From IMG/VR virus record IMGVR_UViG_3300025133_000028: a stretch of DNA of 64,000 nt, one strand, 5' to 3'. The notes beneath the pieces were generated by a model. The model searched no databases. It was not told the DNA's origin and saw only the letters and a program-made list of their open reading frames with translations. Shown here piece by piece: positions 10,725-20,167 of the stretch (the first letter of the stretch is position 1; each line of letters opens with the position of its first letter). A program made the position numbers and the translations under genes. This DNA is from a virus.

Positions 10725-11193
10725 AAAAGTCGGATTAGTTCTTCCTCATTTACATTCGTCTCAGATTGCCTTTTTTGGATTGAGTTATATCAACAATATT
10801 GTCAGTCAAACCAACGAGTATGATTTTGCTGTTTTTTATCAAGATTTGTTACCTGCGTGCGTGCGTCCTAATTGTGCTATTATGAACTACAACGAAATAT
10901 GGACCCATAATGGACTATTGATTGCTACTAATTTAGATACCGCCGATGCTTGTTTACGAACAGTGTCATCGTCAAAAACATTATTTTATGTTAATGACTT
11001 AGAATGGTTGCGAAAAGATAGACATAATTTCTTACGAAACATCAACATATATCGCAATGTAAGCTATCTCGTATGCAGAAGCGAACACCACGCCAAGCAA
11101 CTACAACACTACTGCAATCGCAAAGCTGACGCCGTAATTTCTTTGTTTAATTTGACACAAATTCTTGACTTCGCATTTGACAAAACCGTCTAA
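10717..11193 (+). CDS. Hypothetical protein, GT-B N-terminal-like
   Basis: Coupled to fcl; 'LIATNLDTA...KTLFYVNDLEW' resembles glycosyltransferase N-domains. Confidence 0.45.
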   Translation: MTKKVGLVLPHLHSSQIAFFGLSYINNIVSQTNEYDFAVFYQDLLPACVRPNCAIMNYNEIWTHNGLLIATNLDTADACLRTVSSSKTLFYVNDLEWLRKDRHNFLRNINIYRNVSYLVCRSEHHAKQLQHYCNRKADAVISLFNLTQILDFAFDKTV

Positions 11194-11204
11194 AACCGTA
11201 TACT
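11177..11204 (+). promoter_or_regulatory. Sigma70-type promoter
   Basis: TTGACA-N16-TATACT upstream of the ATG at 11247. Confidence 0.65.
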
Positions 11205-11246
11205 GTATTGTACAGAAAATTAGATGTTTTTGAAGAATCGGAGAAA

Positions 11247-12176
11247 ATGATGACAATCCCACAAGAATACAAAAGCGTGACCGTTGCAGACCTACGAGCA
11301 GAATTGGTTTTACTTGACGTAGACGACGATATCGTAAACGCTCTTAAAGGCAAACAAGCTCTTGTAGATTACTTGGTAGATACTAAAAACGCTAATGTAA
11401 ATCTAGAGGAAGTAAAAGAAGTAGAAGAAGCACAAGTAGATACTGACCAAGACGAAGTAATTCCAGATTACAACTCTCCAGAATGGCAAGATTTTGTAAT
11501 GTCTAAATTTACTGATAGTGAAACAGTAGAAAACTCTAAAGGTAAACCAGAACCAAAAGTAGGTGGCTTACGTAGAGTAGTTGGATTACTAATTGGTGAT
11601 ATCCTTGAAAGCTATCCTCAACATTACACACCTTCGTTAGACGCTGGTGTAGACGGTAGAGCAAGTTGCTCTTATATTATCAAAGTAGATTTTGGTAATG
11701 AAGTTAGAACATTTGGTGCTGTTGCTGACAGTTGTATTAATAACACTGACGATTTCGTGGCTGGATATCCATTAGCGGTAGCCGAAACACGAGCAGAAAG
11801 CAGAGCACTTAAAAAGATTTTGCGGCTTGAGGGTCTAGCAGCAGAAGAAACAACCAGAGACAAAGACCCCACAATATTTGCCAGAACGGCAAAAAAGGAA
11901 GCAAGTGTGAATATTGATAATGATACTCCAACAAGTATTACTTCTGCTCAAATTAATATGATTACTAAAAAATGTGAATCGTTTAAAATAGATGTAGAGA
12001 AGTTCATTAATTCAGGAGTAAACAAATACAATAAATTTGAAGACGTACCTTATGAAACAGCACAAAGAATGATTAAGCGTCTAAATGATTATCAATCCAA
12101 CACTTCTACAACCAAGCACATTGATGTACCTGACGGGTTAAAACTTGTCGATATTGACGCGAAAAACGCAAACTAG
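11247..12176 (+). CDS. Putative ssDNA-annealing/recombination protein (Rad52/Sak-like) with N-terminal SAP-like helix pair
   Basis: RBS GGAG before ATG 11247; 'FGAVAD...AVAETRAESRALKKIL' resembles Rad52-fold annealing proteins. Confidence 0.5.
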   Translation: MMTIPQEYKSVTVADLRAELVLLDVDDDIVNALKGKQALVDYLVDTKNANVNLEEVKEVEEAQVDTDQDEVIPDYNSPEWQDFVMSKFTDSETVENSKGKPEPKVGGLRRVVGLLIGDILESYPQHYTPSLDAGVDGRASCSYIIKVDFGNEVRTFGAVADSCINNTDDFVAGYPLAVAETRAESRALKKILRLEGLAAEETTRDKDPTIFARTAKKEASVNIDNDTPTSITSAQINMITKKCESFKIDVEKFINSGVNKYNKFEDVPYETAQRMIKRLNDYQSNTSTTKHIDVPDGLKLVDIDAKNAN

Positions 12177-12182
12177 GAGAAA

Positions 12183-12554
12183 GTGATGAAAGTAACTTAT
12201 GATAGCAATACCAAAGGTCTTAAAGCAGAATTTGATTGTGCAACACAACAAGAGTTGTTTAAAGAATTGTCTGAATTTCAAGAAGTCTTTGAAGATGTCC
12301 CTACTAGAAAAGATAGTAACGGAAATCTAATGAGTCCGAAAGATTTGCGGTTTAACATCCGTAAAAACGGTGATGACGAATACTTTGAAGTTCGATACGT
12401 TGGCGACAACAAAGAATTTTGGGGTGTGAGAAAAGCTTTTGGTTGCCATAAGAAAGGTGGAGGACTATTCCCACAACGTAAGGATAAAGACGGAGAATAC
12501 CTACCCCACAAAGGTTGGGTAAAATGGGACAAGGAATCAGAAAAATACGTGTAA
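12183..12554 (+). CDS. Hypothetical phage protein
   Basis: RBS AGGAGA plus GTG start; cotranscribed with the upstream gene. Confidence 0.7.
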   Translation: MMKVTYDSNTKGLKAEFDCATQQELFKELSEFQEVFEDVPTRKDSNGNLMSPKDLRFNIRKNGDDEYFEVRYVGDNKEFWGVRKAFGCHKKGGGLFPQRKDKDGEYLPHKGWVKWDKESEKYV

Positions 12555-12570
12555 CAGCGTAATATACTAC

Positions 12571-12602
12571 AAAAATAGGTCAGAGAAATCTGGCCTATTT
12601 TT
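12571..12602 (+). terminator. Rho-independent terminator
   Basis: AAAAATAGGTCAGA-GAAA-TCTGGCCTATTTTT hairpin followed by a T-tract. Confidence 0.75.
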
Positions 12603-12616
12603 ATAGAGGGACTTCA

Positions 12617-12826
12617 ATGAGTAAACAAAAAACACATACACCAAGAACACTATGTAAATCATTAACACAATTGAGAAATATAGCTAAAAACTCACATTAC
12701 AACGAACATTTTACAAAAGAAGAATCTAAATTTATATACGATATTTATAATAAATCATTTGATATAAGAAGAAGGCTAATGTTAGAACATAATTTAGATA
12801 TACACAACGATTATAGGGACGTATAA
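12617..12826 (+). CDS. Hypothetical protein
   Basis: RBS GAGGGA; coupled to the next ORF. Confidence 0.6.
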   Translation: MSKQKTHTPRTLCKSLTQLRNIAKNSHYNEHFTKEESKFIYDIYNKSFDIRRRLMLEHNLDIHNDYRDV

Positions 12827-13161
12827 TGTACGTAGTATACAGAAAACACCTTTGGAAAATACCCAAAAGAAAGCTTAGAAAATCTAGGTCTAGAAAAGGT
12901 CTTAAAAAATGTCTGGATAAAATACTAGATAGTAGACCACAACCAGAATTTGACATTGGAACAGCTTGCGGTTGGATAATTAAATTCGGCAATCAAAAAA
13001 GTTTCGACGCTGTATCTAGGTCAATGAAAATAATGGAAGAGGGTTTCAAAAACAAAAAACCGTCACCTTATACAGACAAACTTAACCAATGGGCAAAGGA
13101 AGGTTTAAAAGATGAACAACGACGAATCGACAAAATTGTTGCCAAAGCAAAAAAACTTTAA
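12826..13161 (+). CDS. Hypothetical basic protein
   Basis: TAATG coupling with neighbouring genes. Confidence 0.6.
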   Translation: MYVVYRKHLWKIPKRKLRKSRSRKGLKKCLDKILDSRPQPEFDIGTACGWIIKFGNQKSFDAVSRSMKIMEEGFKNKKPSPYTDKLNQWAKEGLKDEQRRIDKIVAKAKKL

Positions 13162-13315
13162 TGAATGGTCGTGGAGAATCCTAGCTGCCTTTAGTTTTTC
13201 TGGTTTAATGTTTCTTGCTATATTAAAACTATCTCCTGCGTGGTTGATAGGTATCTGCGGGATTCTTTCGCTTTATAATTTTATAAGATGTTTATTACTT
13301 GCTAACAATCTATAA
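13161..13315 (+). CDS. Small membrane protein, two TM helices (start uncertain; ORF track start 13112)
   Basis: Two hydrophobic stretches; fills the gap before the ALDH gene; 5' boundary approximate. Confidence 0.35.
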
Positions 13316-13324
13316 AGGAAACAA

Positions 13325-14716
13325 ATGACAATTAAAGACGCAGTAAATACAGCAAACGAAGTATTTGCGTGGTGGAAAACCGTACCTGCCCCACAAAGGG
13401 GTGACTTGATTAGGGAGTTCGGGAATACTTTAAGGAAAAATAAGTCTAAACTTGCGGAAATTATCACGGAAGAGTCTCGCAAACCTATATCGGAAGCTTT
13501 GGGTGAGGTACAGGAAGCTATTGATATGTGTGACTTTGCTTGTGGTTTGAGTAGACAACTGTATGGTCTGACTATGGGAAGTGAACGACCTAACCACAGA
13601 CTACAGGAAATGTGGCACCCGCTAGGACCAGTTGGTGTTATCTCTGCGTTTAATTTTCCTTGTGCTGTTTGGGCATGGAACTTCTGTTTAGCTGTTGTGT
13701 GTGGAAATCCGGTTATCTGGAAACCAAGCGAAAAGACTGAAAAGACTGCGGAATTATGTAAAAAACTATGGAACGATACGGTATTTGACACAGCAGAAAA
13801 TAGAATTGGAGGTTTCAGTCCAGGTGCTGACTTTGATTTGGTACAAATAATCAAAGGAGGACAAGAAGCCGCAGAAGAAATGGCTGACCACCCAGGTATT
13901 AAATTAGTAAGTGCAACAGGCAGTACTAAAATGGGTAAGAACATTGCTGAAAGAGTTGCCAGACGTTTGGGGCGTAGTCTATTAGAACTAGGCGGAAATA
14001 ACGGCGGAATTATTTGTCCTAGTGCAGACCAAGACTTGGCATTACGCGGGGTTGTGTTCTCTGCTGTTGGAACTACCGGCCAAAGATGTACTACTTTACG
14101 TAGGTTATTTGTACATACCGACATCTACGACGAATTCGTAGGTAAGCTTAAAGCCGTATATCATAAACTTGAGCCAGGAAATCCCGCAGAATCTAAAACA
14201 CTGTTTGGACCATTGATTGACGAAGCAGCAGGCGATAAATATATAGACACTATAATTGATTCCAAAAACGTAACATCGAGAGGTATAATTTATGACAATA
14301 TTAATGACAAAATCAAGTACGTACATCCAGCCTTAATAGAATTAGACAAACCTAACGAAGCTTGTAAAAAAGAAGTGTTTGCACCAATATTATATATTTT
14401 TCCTTACAGTAATTTGCGTGACGCTATATCGCTACACAACGATGTACCACAAGGTTTGAGTAGTTGTATATTTACTAGAGATATGCAAGAGGCAGAGTTG
14501 TTTATTGGACCAGAAGGAAGTGATTGCGGAATTGTTAATGTTAACATTGGTCCGAGTGGAGCAGAGATTGGTGGGGCGTTTGGTGGCGAGAAAGACACCG
14601 GAGGAGGGAGAGAAAGCGGAAGTGACGCTTGGAAAAATTACATGCGTAGAACTACCGTTACTATTAATTACGGAAACGACTTACCGTTGGCTCAAGGAGT
14701 ACAGTTTGAATTGTAA
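13325..14716 (+). CDS. Aldehyde dehydrogenase family 7 (antiquitin / piperideine-6-carboxylate dehydrogenase-like)
   Basis: 'GVISAFNFP.AVWAWN', 'LELGGNN' (catalytic Glu), 'GTTGQRCTT' (catalytic Cys), 'GAEIGGAFGGEK.TGGGRESGSDAWK.Y', 'LPLAQGVQF'. Confidence 0.93.
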   Translation: MTIKDAVNTANEVFAWWKTVPAPQRGDLIREFGNTLRKNKSKLAEIITEESRKPISEALGEVQEAIDMCDFACGLSRQLYGLTMGSERPNHRLQEMWHPLGPVGVISAFNFPCAVWAWNFCLAVVCGNPVIWKPSEKTEKTAELCKKLWNDTVFDTAENRIGGFSPGADFDLVQIIKGGQEAAEEMADHPGIKLVSATGSTKMGKNIAERVARRLGRSLLELGGNNGGIICPSADQDLALRGVVFSAVGTTGQRCTTLRRLFVHTDIYDEFVGKLKAVYHKLEPGNPAESKTLFGPLIDEAAGDKYIDTIIDSKNVTSRGIIYDNINDKIKYVHPALIELDKPNEACKKEVFAPILYIFPYSNLRDAISLHNDVPQGLSSCIFTRDMQEAELFIGPEGSDCGIVNVNIGPSGAEIGGAFGGEKDTGGGRESGSDAWKNYMRRTTVTINYGNDLPLAQGVQFEL

Positions 14717-14905
14717 ATATATAGATGTTCAAAAATATCTTCAAACAGATAGTTTATTTTCTCGTGAAGATATAGACAAATGTATCGCATCACAAGATAT
14801 GATAGACGATTTTATTACAAACGGTAAATATATTTGTGTAGAAGGTTTAGACTTTATTATTGAAGGGTATTGTCAAAACGGCATATTTATGTTAACTAAC
14901 ATTAC

Positions 14906-14938
14906 AAAAAAAGCCCGCTGATTAAAGCGGGCTTTTTT
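14906..14938. terminator. Bidirectional rho-independent terminator between the convergent + and - arms
   Basis: A-tract-GCCCGCT-GATTAA-AGCGGGC-T-tract. Confidence 0.88.
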
Positions 14939-14955
14939 ATTGTAGAATTCTTATA

Positions 14956-15825
14956 TTATCTCTGATTCTTAAAATCTTCTATTATATTAGGATGATTTTC
15001 TGAAACATAATCATAAAATTGTTTAAAACACCTAAAATTCTCTGACGAACCCCTTTTAGATGGTGTAGATATTGCATCTTCTGGTTTCCAACCAGCTTCT
15101 CTAAGTCTATATATTAGTGAATTATAAGTACATTTACACCTACTATCTAATGACCAATTGTTGGCGTTTTTAGTTTCTCCCCATGCTGTTATGTTGATAC
15201 TAACACTACGATTATCGCTTTGTTCTTTAGTAGTTGCCCATCTGCAATTTTCTGGACAATAATTTCCAAGATTGTCTTTTCTATCAATAGATAATTCGTC
15301 AGAATATCCGTTTTTCATAGCCCAATTGTAAAAATTATCAAAAACAAGCCATTCTTCGCATACTCTAATACCTTTGGCTCCATAATTTTTATAAGCTCTC
15401 TGGCTTTTATATATACATCTGGCTTTCATGCCATTCCAAATACTAAACAATCTATGGTCGGAAAGACCGTGTGTAGTATTTTTCTTTGTAACATCTGGTC
15501 TTCTACGGTCTGGCCAACCAACTTTTCCTTTATTAAGTTGTGTTAACTTATAAACAGATGTTTTACCACATCCTAACGTAGATTTAACTTTTGCCATACT
15601 TATATGTGTGTTGCCGTCGTGTGTGATATATATATCTATAATTTCCCATCCTTTAACAACATCTCCAACAACACATGTTTCTTTTTCTAATCCAAGCTCG
15701 TTATACTTATGTCGAACAGACCTAGTTGTTCTTCCTAGTATCTTTGCTATGTCCTTACAAGCAATACTTGGTCCATGTTTTGTTAAGTAATCCAATTCTT
15801 CTTGTGTCCAAATTCGTCCTGCCAT
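14956..15825 (-). CDS. Free-standing HNH-type homing endonuclease with N-terminal HTH
   Basis: 'THGLS.HRL..IW.GMK.RC', 'YGAKGIRVCEEW', 'SIDRKDNLGNYCPENCRWAT'. Confidence 0.85.
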   Translation of the reverse strand: MAGRIWTQEELDYLTKHGPSIACKDIAKILGRTTRSVRHKYNELGLEKETCVVGDVVKGWEIIDIYITHDGNTHISMAKVKSTLGCGKTSVYKLTQLNKGKVGWPDRRRPDVTKKNTTHGLSDHRLFSIWNGMKARCIYKSQRAYKNYGAKGIRVCEEWLVFDNFYNWAMKNGYSDELSIDRKDNLGNYCPENCRWATTKEQSDNRSVSINITAWGETKNANNWSLDSRCKCTYNSLIYRLREAGWKPEDAISTPSKRGSSENFRCFKQFYDYVSENHPNIIEDFKNQR

Positions 15826-15870
15826 AAAAAATCTCCCATTCGTGTAAATAAAGTAAAAGTTTTCTCTACT

Positions 15871-15901
15871 TACTTATACACCAATGGGAGCAAAATGTCA
15901 A
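15871..15901 (-). promoter_or_regulatory. Promoter of the homing endonuclease gene (sigma70-like, also matches the late motif)
   Basis: Minus strand TTGACA-N17-TATAAG containing TGGTGTATAAG. Confidence 0.6.
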
Positions 15902-15931
15902 TAAAATTTTATACATTTTTGGTATTATTCC

Positions 15932-16543
15932 TTATAAATATTCCAGCTCAACGTATAATCCGTATAAATTCTTAGAGCCAATTGAGTCCGGTGAGGCACT
16001 AATAGCAACATAGTAATCGTGTCTATCAGCAGTAGTATCAGAACCATTAGGTCTCTGCCCCGACATACCAGGACTTGCAACCAAATCCATAATAACAGCA
16101 CTACCAGTTGGTGTATTCCAGGTTGTATCACCAGAACCATTGTTGTTTTGTACAACGTCTGGGTGGATAATTTCAGCTACTTTGGTTGTAACACCAGAAG
16201 CTGGATTATTGATATTTGTACGGTCAAAAATTCTCAACTTACTATTCTGCGTTTTTACAGCAGAAGTATGAGAAAATCTAACATTCAAAGTAGCCAAAGC
16301 ATTGGTAATTTGGGTCAAAGCAACAGAACCTAATCCGTTAATTGAACCGCTACCAGGGTGTTTCCACTTATTGTCATTAACCTGTGGACCCTGAATAGTA
16401 CCGTTTGCATCAGTAATAAACGTTGAAGTTTGGTATGAACCAACCTCAACTGACGAACCGAAAGAACTACCATAAAAACCCAAACCTGAGCCATTTAAAT
16501 TGGTGATTCCGTTGTCATCAGCATGAAAGCTAATAGTAGCCAT
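15932..16543 (-). CDS. Virion structural protein
   Basis: Ser/Thr/Gly-rich, strong RBS, preceded by the late motif, at the end of the tail module. Confidence 0.6.
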   Translation of the reverse strand: MATISFHADDNGITNLNGSGLGFYGSSFGSSVEVGSYQTSTFITDANGTIQGPQVNDNKWKHPGSGSINGLGSVALTQITNALATLNVRFSHTSAVKTQNSKLRIFDRTNINNPASGVTTKVAEIIHPDVVQNNNGSGDTTWNTPTGSAVIMDLVASPGMSGQRPNGSDTTADRHDYYVAISASPDSIGSKNLYGLYVELEYL

Positions 16544-16591
16544 ATCTTTATATCTCCTAATAATTTGTGTTTAAAATAATAGAACTCTAGT

Positions 16592-16604
16592 GTATTATAC
16601 GCCA
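16592..16604 (-). promoter_or_regulatory. Putative phage late promoter motif TGGCGTATAATAC
   Basis: One of about six copies of TGGHGTATAATAC in intergenic gaps of the structural module. Confidence 0.6.
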
Positions 16605-16606
16605 TT

Positions 16607-19600
16607 TTAAGCAATGTCTGTGTCATTTATCCAAACATTACCAGTTCTTTCAACAGTCATTCTACCATATGCCTTGGTAGACCATTGGGTTTGTAAAAAA
16701 GAAGGAGGGTCTATTAATCTCATCATTATATCAACAGTGTCTCCACTGGCAAAATTAACCAAAAAGTCTGTAGAATATGACCCTAATCCTTTAGAACGTG
16801 TGTGTTGAGGAAAAATAGGCACATCCCAGGGCCATTTCCAGCCGTTTTTATTAATAATTGGTTCTGTACTCAAACCGTTTTTATAAACAAATGTTTTCAT
16901 GGTGATAGTAGGATGAATAGTGGTTCTTAAACTATCAATATCGACTTGGTCAAAAACAACATCATGTGTATGAGCAACTGTTGGTCCAGAGGCTCCATCG
17001 GTATCTACTGTGTATGATGTTAACCTTGGATAACTTGTTAAATCCCAATCAAAAGTGAAACCAATTCTATAAACTCCAGATTTTTCTATCTTAACAGCAT
17101 ATGTGTCTGTGCTTAAGTCACTACTAACGGTTAAATCATTTTGATTTAAATTATCAGTATGTGAATTAAAATACAAACCGTCTGAAATAGCCGCTGTTGT
17201 AATAACCGGAGGAACAACATTACCAACAACTCCTGAAGAAGCAAAATTTAAACCCCAAAATTCTGAAACAGATTTCTGTGTTGTTGTCCAAACCTTGGCG
17301 CTGTCATCCCATCTTAAATCAATAGGTCCAGCTTTCCATTTGTCCATACGAGAATGGTGGTCGTCTAAAAAATCGTCAGTTGGAGTATCAGGGTCTGAAT
17401 TAGGTACAGGTTTTCCTTTGGTGTCATATCCCCAACCAACACCAATAGCAGGAAGTTTAATACCCATGGCTCTAACTTTTTCTGTGCCGTCAGCATCACC
17501 ATTAGATAACAAAGTATCTGGTATTTCAGAACTATGAGTGACCAATGATATGTCGTGATTGGAACCAAAAGGATTTAATGTTTGGGCATTAATATTGCCT
17601 GTTCCGGTTTCAAAGTGTGGTAAAACATCTGTATCTTCATCTACATCGTTTGAGTATGGTCTAAACATACCGTCCAAAGACATAGCCGCTTTCTTGTCAT
17701 AATCAACACCCATATGGCTACTAACATTATAATTAGGAGCAATAGCTGCCGTACCTTTTCTAGCGTCAGTATCAGTATTGGTTAACATCATACCCATAAT
17801 TACTTGGGATGACGAAGCTGGTTTCTTACGATTAATTCCTGCTCTTTCTCTCAAGGCAAAAAACTTACTAAAAGGTGGTGCTGGTTGCTTAAATAAATTT
17901 CTAAACATACGTCTTTGTTGTTGTTGTCTTTTAGAAATTCTTTGCATTCTATCAGCATTGGCTTTAGATATCTTACCAAATCTTCTAGTCCAAGTTTCCA
18001 TTCTATATGTACTTGTTACACCATCAGCACCAATTTTAATAGTAATATCCGTAACGTAAGGACCGGCAGAAATAAGTTGTCCACCCAATTGTATAGTTGG
18101 GGCACCAGGAAATTCTAACAATCCTGTTTCACCAACCTGAGCATTAGAACTAGCGCCAACAACTTTAGCGTTACCAGCTAAGTTCATAGCAGAAAAACCA
18201 CCATAGTTCCAAGGAACTAGTGATTCGTCCTGTTCAAATTCAACCTTACCTTCTGCACCCCATAGATACCATGGGCCATAAACATCGATATTACTCTTTA
18301 AAGGAACAGCAGCCATAGTAGGAATAACAGCAGCACCTCTGTTTTCAAAGAATAACTGTTCGCCCCCTGGTTGACCAATTAGTTTCGCAATTGTTTCTTC
18401 TACTTTTGCGTCTCCATGTGTTGTTAAAACTTCTCGAAGAACAGCTAACATAGCGCCAGCAAAATCATTGCTGTCATCTAAATCACGAACCTGACCGCTT
18501 ATAGTAACAATAGCTTTTGGACTAAAGTTTGTACTTCTGTTCAGATGAACAATTTCTGGATTGACTTGACATTTAACAAAAACAGTTGTTCCATTAGGTT
18601 GCATAATAAGGTCATTCTCTGGAACGTCAGAAAAATCTAAGTTTTGAGCATTGTCATACTTAACATACGCTTCAACTCTACCGTCTTGTGTAGTGACGGA
18701 ATTTACATCAAATGGCATTAAGTTTAAAGATACCGCAGATGCAAATTCATTTTCATCAATGTATCCCGCGTCAGTAGTTTCGTAACTTGTAGTAATTAAT
18801 CCGGTTTCATCATCCTGTGCGGTATATAAGAAAGGAATACTAACTAAAAATTGTTTACCATAAAACTCACTAGCAAGTTTATACACAAAGTCATAAATGA
18901 TTCTAATAGTTTCTTCGTGACCACCAGCAATGGCAGAATTAATTTGTTTACGTGAAAAACCACCAAACTCAATTGGCGACATAGCTTTGATTTCAGCCAA
19001 AGCTTTAGCTTCTAATGCTGTTTTTAGTTTTTCTAAACCATTGCCAATAATATTGAGCTTGGTTGCTCTTTTAAATTGTGGTGTATCTTTATTATCGTCT
19101 CTACCACTTAAAAATATTTCCCATGACTCTTGACCAGCTAGAGCAGCACGCATTTCAGCAACATCTGACCAGTAAAAAGCACCAATACCAGGAACATTTA
19201 GTGTTCTGGAATCTACCGCAAACGTATGAGCATCATTAACACCGACACCATATACTGGATTTTGAGCCGCGTTTAAACCCCAAAAAGGCCAAATGGCTTG
19301 ATTGCTACCAGCATACTGAAACCACGTAAGTAGTTTATTACCACCAACAGCAAACTTGCTTGTGGTCTCATTACGTAATTCTCTACCACTGTCTTTGACT
19401 ACAGTTTCGGTATTGTTAACTACGTATTCGTCAATCTTACCTAGTTGCGGAGCATCGTTTCTACTAATAGTTTGAAGTTTGATTACATTTCGGGTTTCAA
19501 ATATATCCAAAACCGTGTTATATACTTCTTCTTCTTGAAGGATAAAAAAGTAATCATGAACACCGGCTTCGCAGATTTCATTGATATAATCCATTAAGCT

Positions 19601-20164
19601 GATGTTTGCGCCACCTATTCTATAAAAAGACGGAACTGAAGGCAAAGCCGATAGGTCTAATACATACGTACTCCCTTTAAACACAACAGGGTCTAATGAA
19701 CTATCGGCTATAGCATTCATGGCAAGTAGAACATTTCTCCAAGGCATACCACCTTCATTGACTCCAGCTTGACCAAATCCGTAATTAGACTCTAAGAATC
19801 CGTAAACATTATATATGTTGGGAACGTTATATGTACTGCCTGTATAGCCATCCAAAATCATTTGGACACCATCAAGAATTTCTCTTGGGTCTGTAATTAC
19901 AATGTCATACAAAGGGTTGCCAGAAGTACCGTGTTTTCTCTTCCAGTTTTGAAGCAATCCACCAAAAGTCCATCCTTCATATTCAAAATATACAGGAGCA
20001 CCCAGTGATTCTCTAAATTGGTTAATTGGTGGATTAAAACTATCTCCATTTGCGTTGTCTTCAACTAGAGTTACATTCAGACTAGATGGCTGAGAACCCC
20101 AACCTAGACTTGCACTAAAGTTTACTATAGAAGCACCTAAAAAGCTTCCTCTACTTAAAGCCAT
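16607..20164 (-). CDS. Tail tip/baseplate hub-like protein
   Basis: 1185 aa, downstream of the tape measure gene, beta-rich. Confidence 0.55.
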   Translation of the reverse strand: MALSRGSFLGASIVNFSASLGWGSQPSSLNVTLVEDNANGDSFNPPINQFRESLGAPVYFEYEGWTFGGLLQNWKRKHGTSGNPLYDIVITDPREILDGVQMILDGYTGSTYNVPNIYNVYGFLESNYGFGQAGVNEGGMPWRNVLLAMNAIADSSLDPVVFKGSTYVLDLSALPSVPSFYRIGGANISLMDYINEICEAGVHDYFFILQEEEVYNTVLDIFETRNVIKLQTISRNDAPQLGKIDEYVVNNTETVVKDSGRELRNETTSKFAVGGNKLLTWFQYAGSNQAIWPFWGLNAAQNPVYGVGVNDAHTFAVDSRTLNVPGIGAFYWSDVAEMRAALAGQESWEIFLSGRDDNKDTPQFKRATKLNIIGNGLEKLKTALEAKALAEIKAMSPIEFGGFSRKQINSAIAGGHEETIRIIYDFVYKLASEFYGKQFLVSIPFLYTAQDDETGLITTSYETTDAGYIDENEFASAVSLNLMPFDVNSVTTQDGRVEAYVKYDNAQNLDFSDVPENDLIMQPNGTTVFVKCQVNPEIVHLNRSTNFSPKAIVTISGQVRDLDDSNDFAGAMLAVLREVLTTHGDAKVEETIAKLIGQPGGEQLFFENRGAAVIPTMAAVPLKSNIDVYGPWYLWGAEGKVEFEQDESLVPWNYGGFSAMNLAGNAKVVGASSNAQVGETGLLEFPGAPTIQLGGQLISAGPYVTDITIKIGADGVTSTYRMETWTRRFGKISKANADRMQRISKRQQQQRRMFRNLFKQPAPPFSKFFALRERAGINRKKPASSSQVIMGMMLTNTDTDARKGTAAIAPNYNVSSHMGVDYDKKAAMSLDGMFRPYSNDVDEDTDVLPHFETGTGNINAQTLNPFGSNHDISLVTHSSEIPDTLLSNGDADGTEKVRAMGIKLPAIGVGWGYDTKGKPVPNSDPDTPTDDFLDDHHSRMDKWKAGPIDLRWDDSAKVWTTTQKSVSEFWGLNFASSGVVGNVVPPVITTAAISDGLYFNSHTDNLNQNDLTVSSDLSTDTYAVKIEKSGVYRIGFTFDWDLTSYPRLTSYTVDTDGASGPTVAHTHDVVFDQVDIDSLRTTIHPTITMKTFVYKNGLSTEPIINKNGWKWPWDVPIFPQHTRSKGLGSYSTDFLVNFASGDTVDIMMRLIDPPSFLQTQWSTKAYGRMTVERTGNVWINDTDIA

Positions 20165-20167
20165 TTT

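Noticed and set aside
13273-14124. 283-aa antisense ORF, and the many other antisense ORFs across the structural genes
   Set aside because: Shadow frames of well-supported genes on the opposite strand
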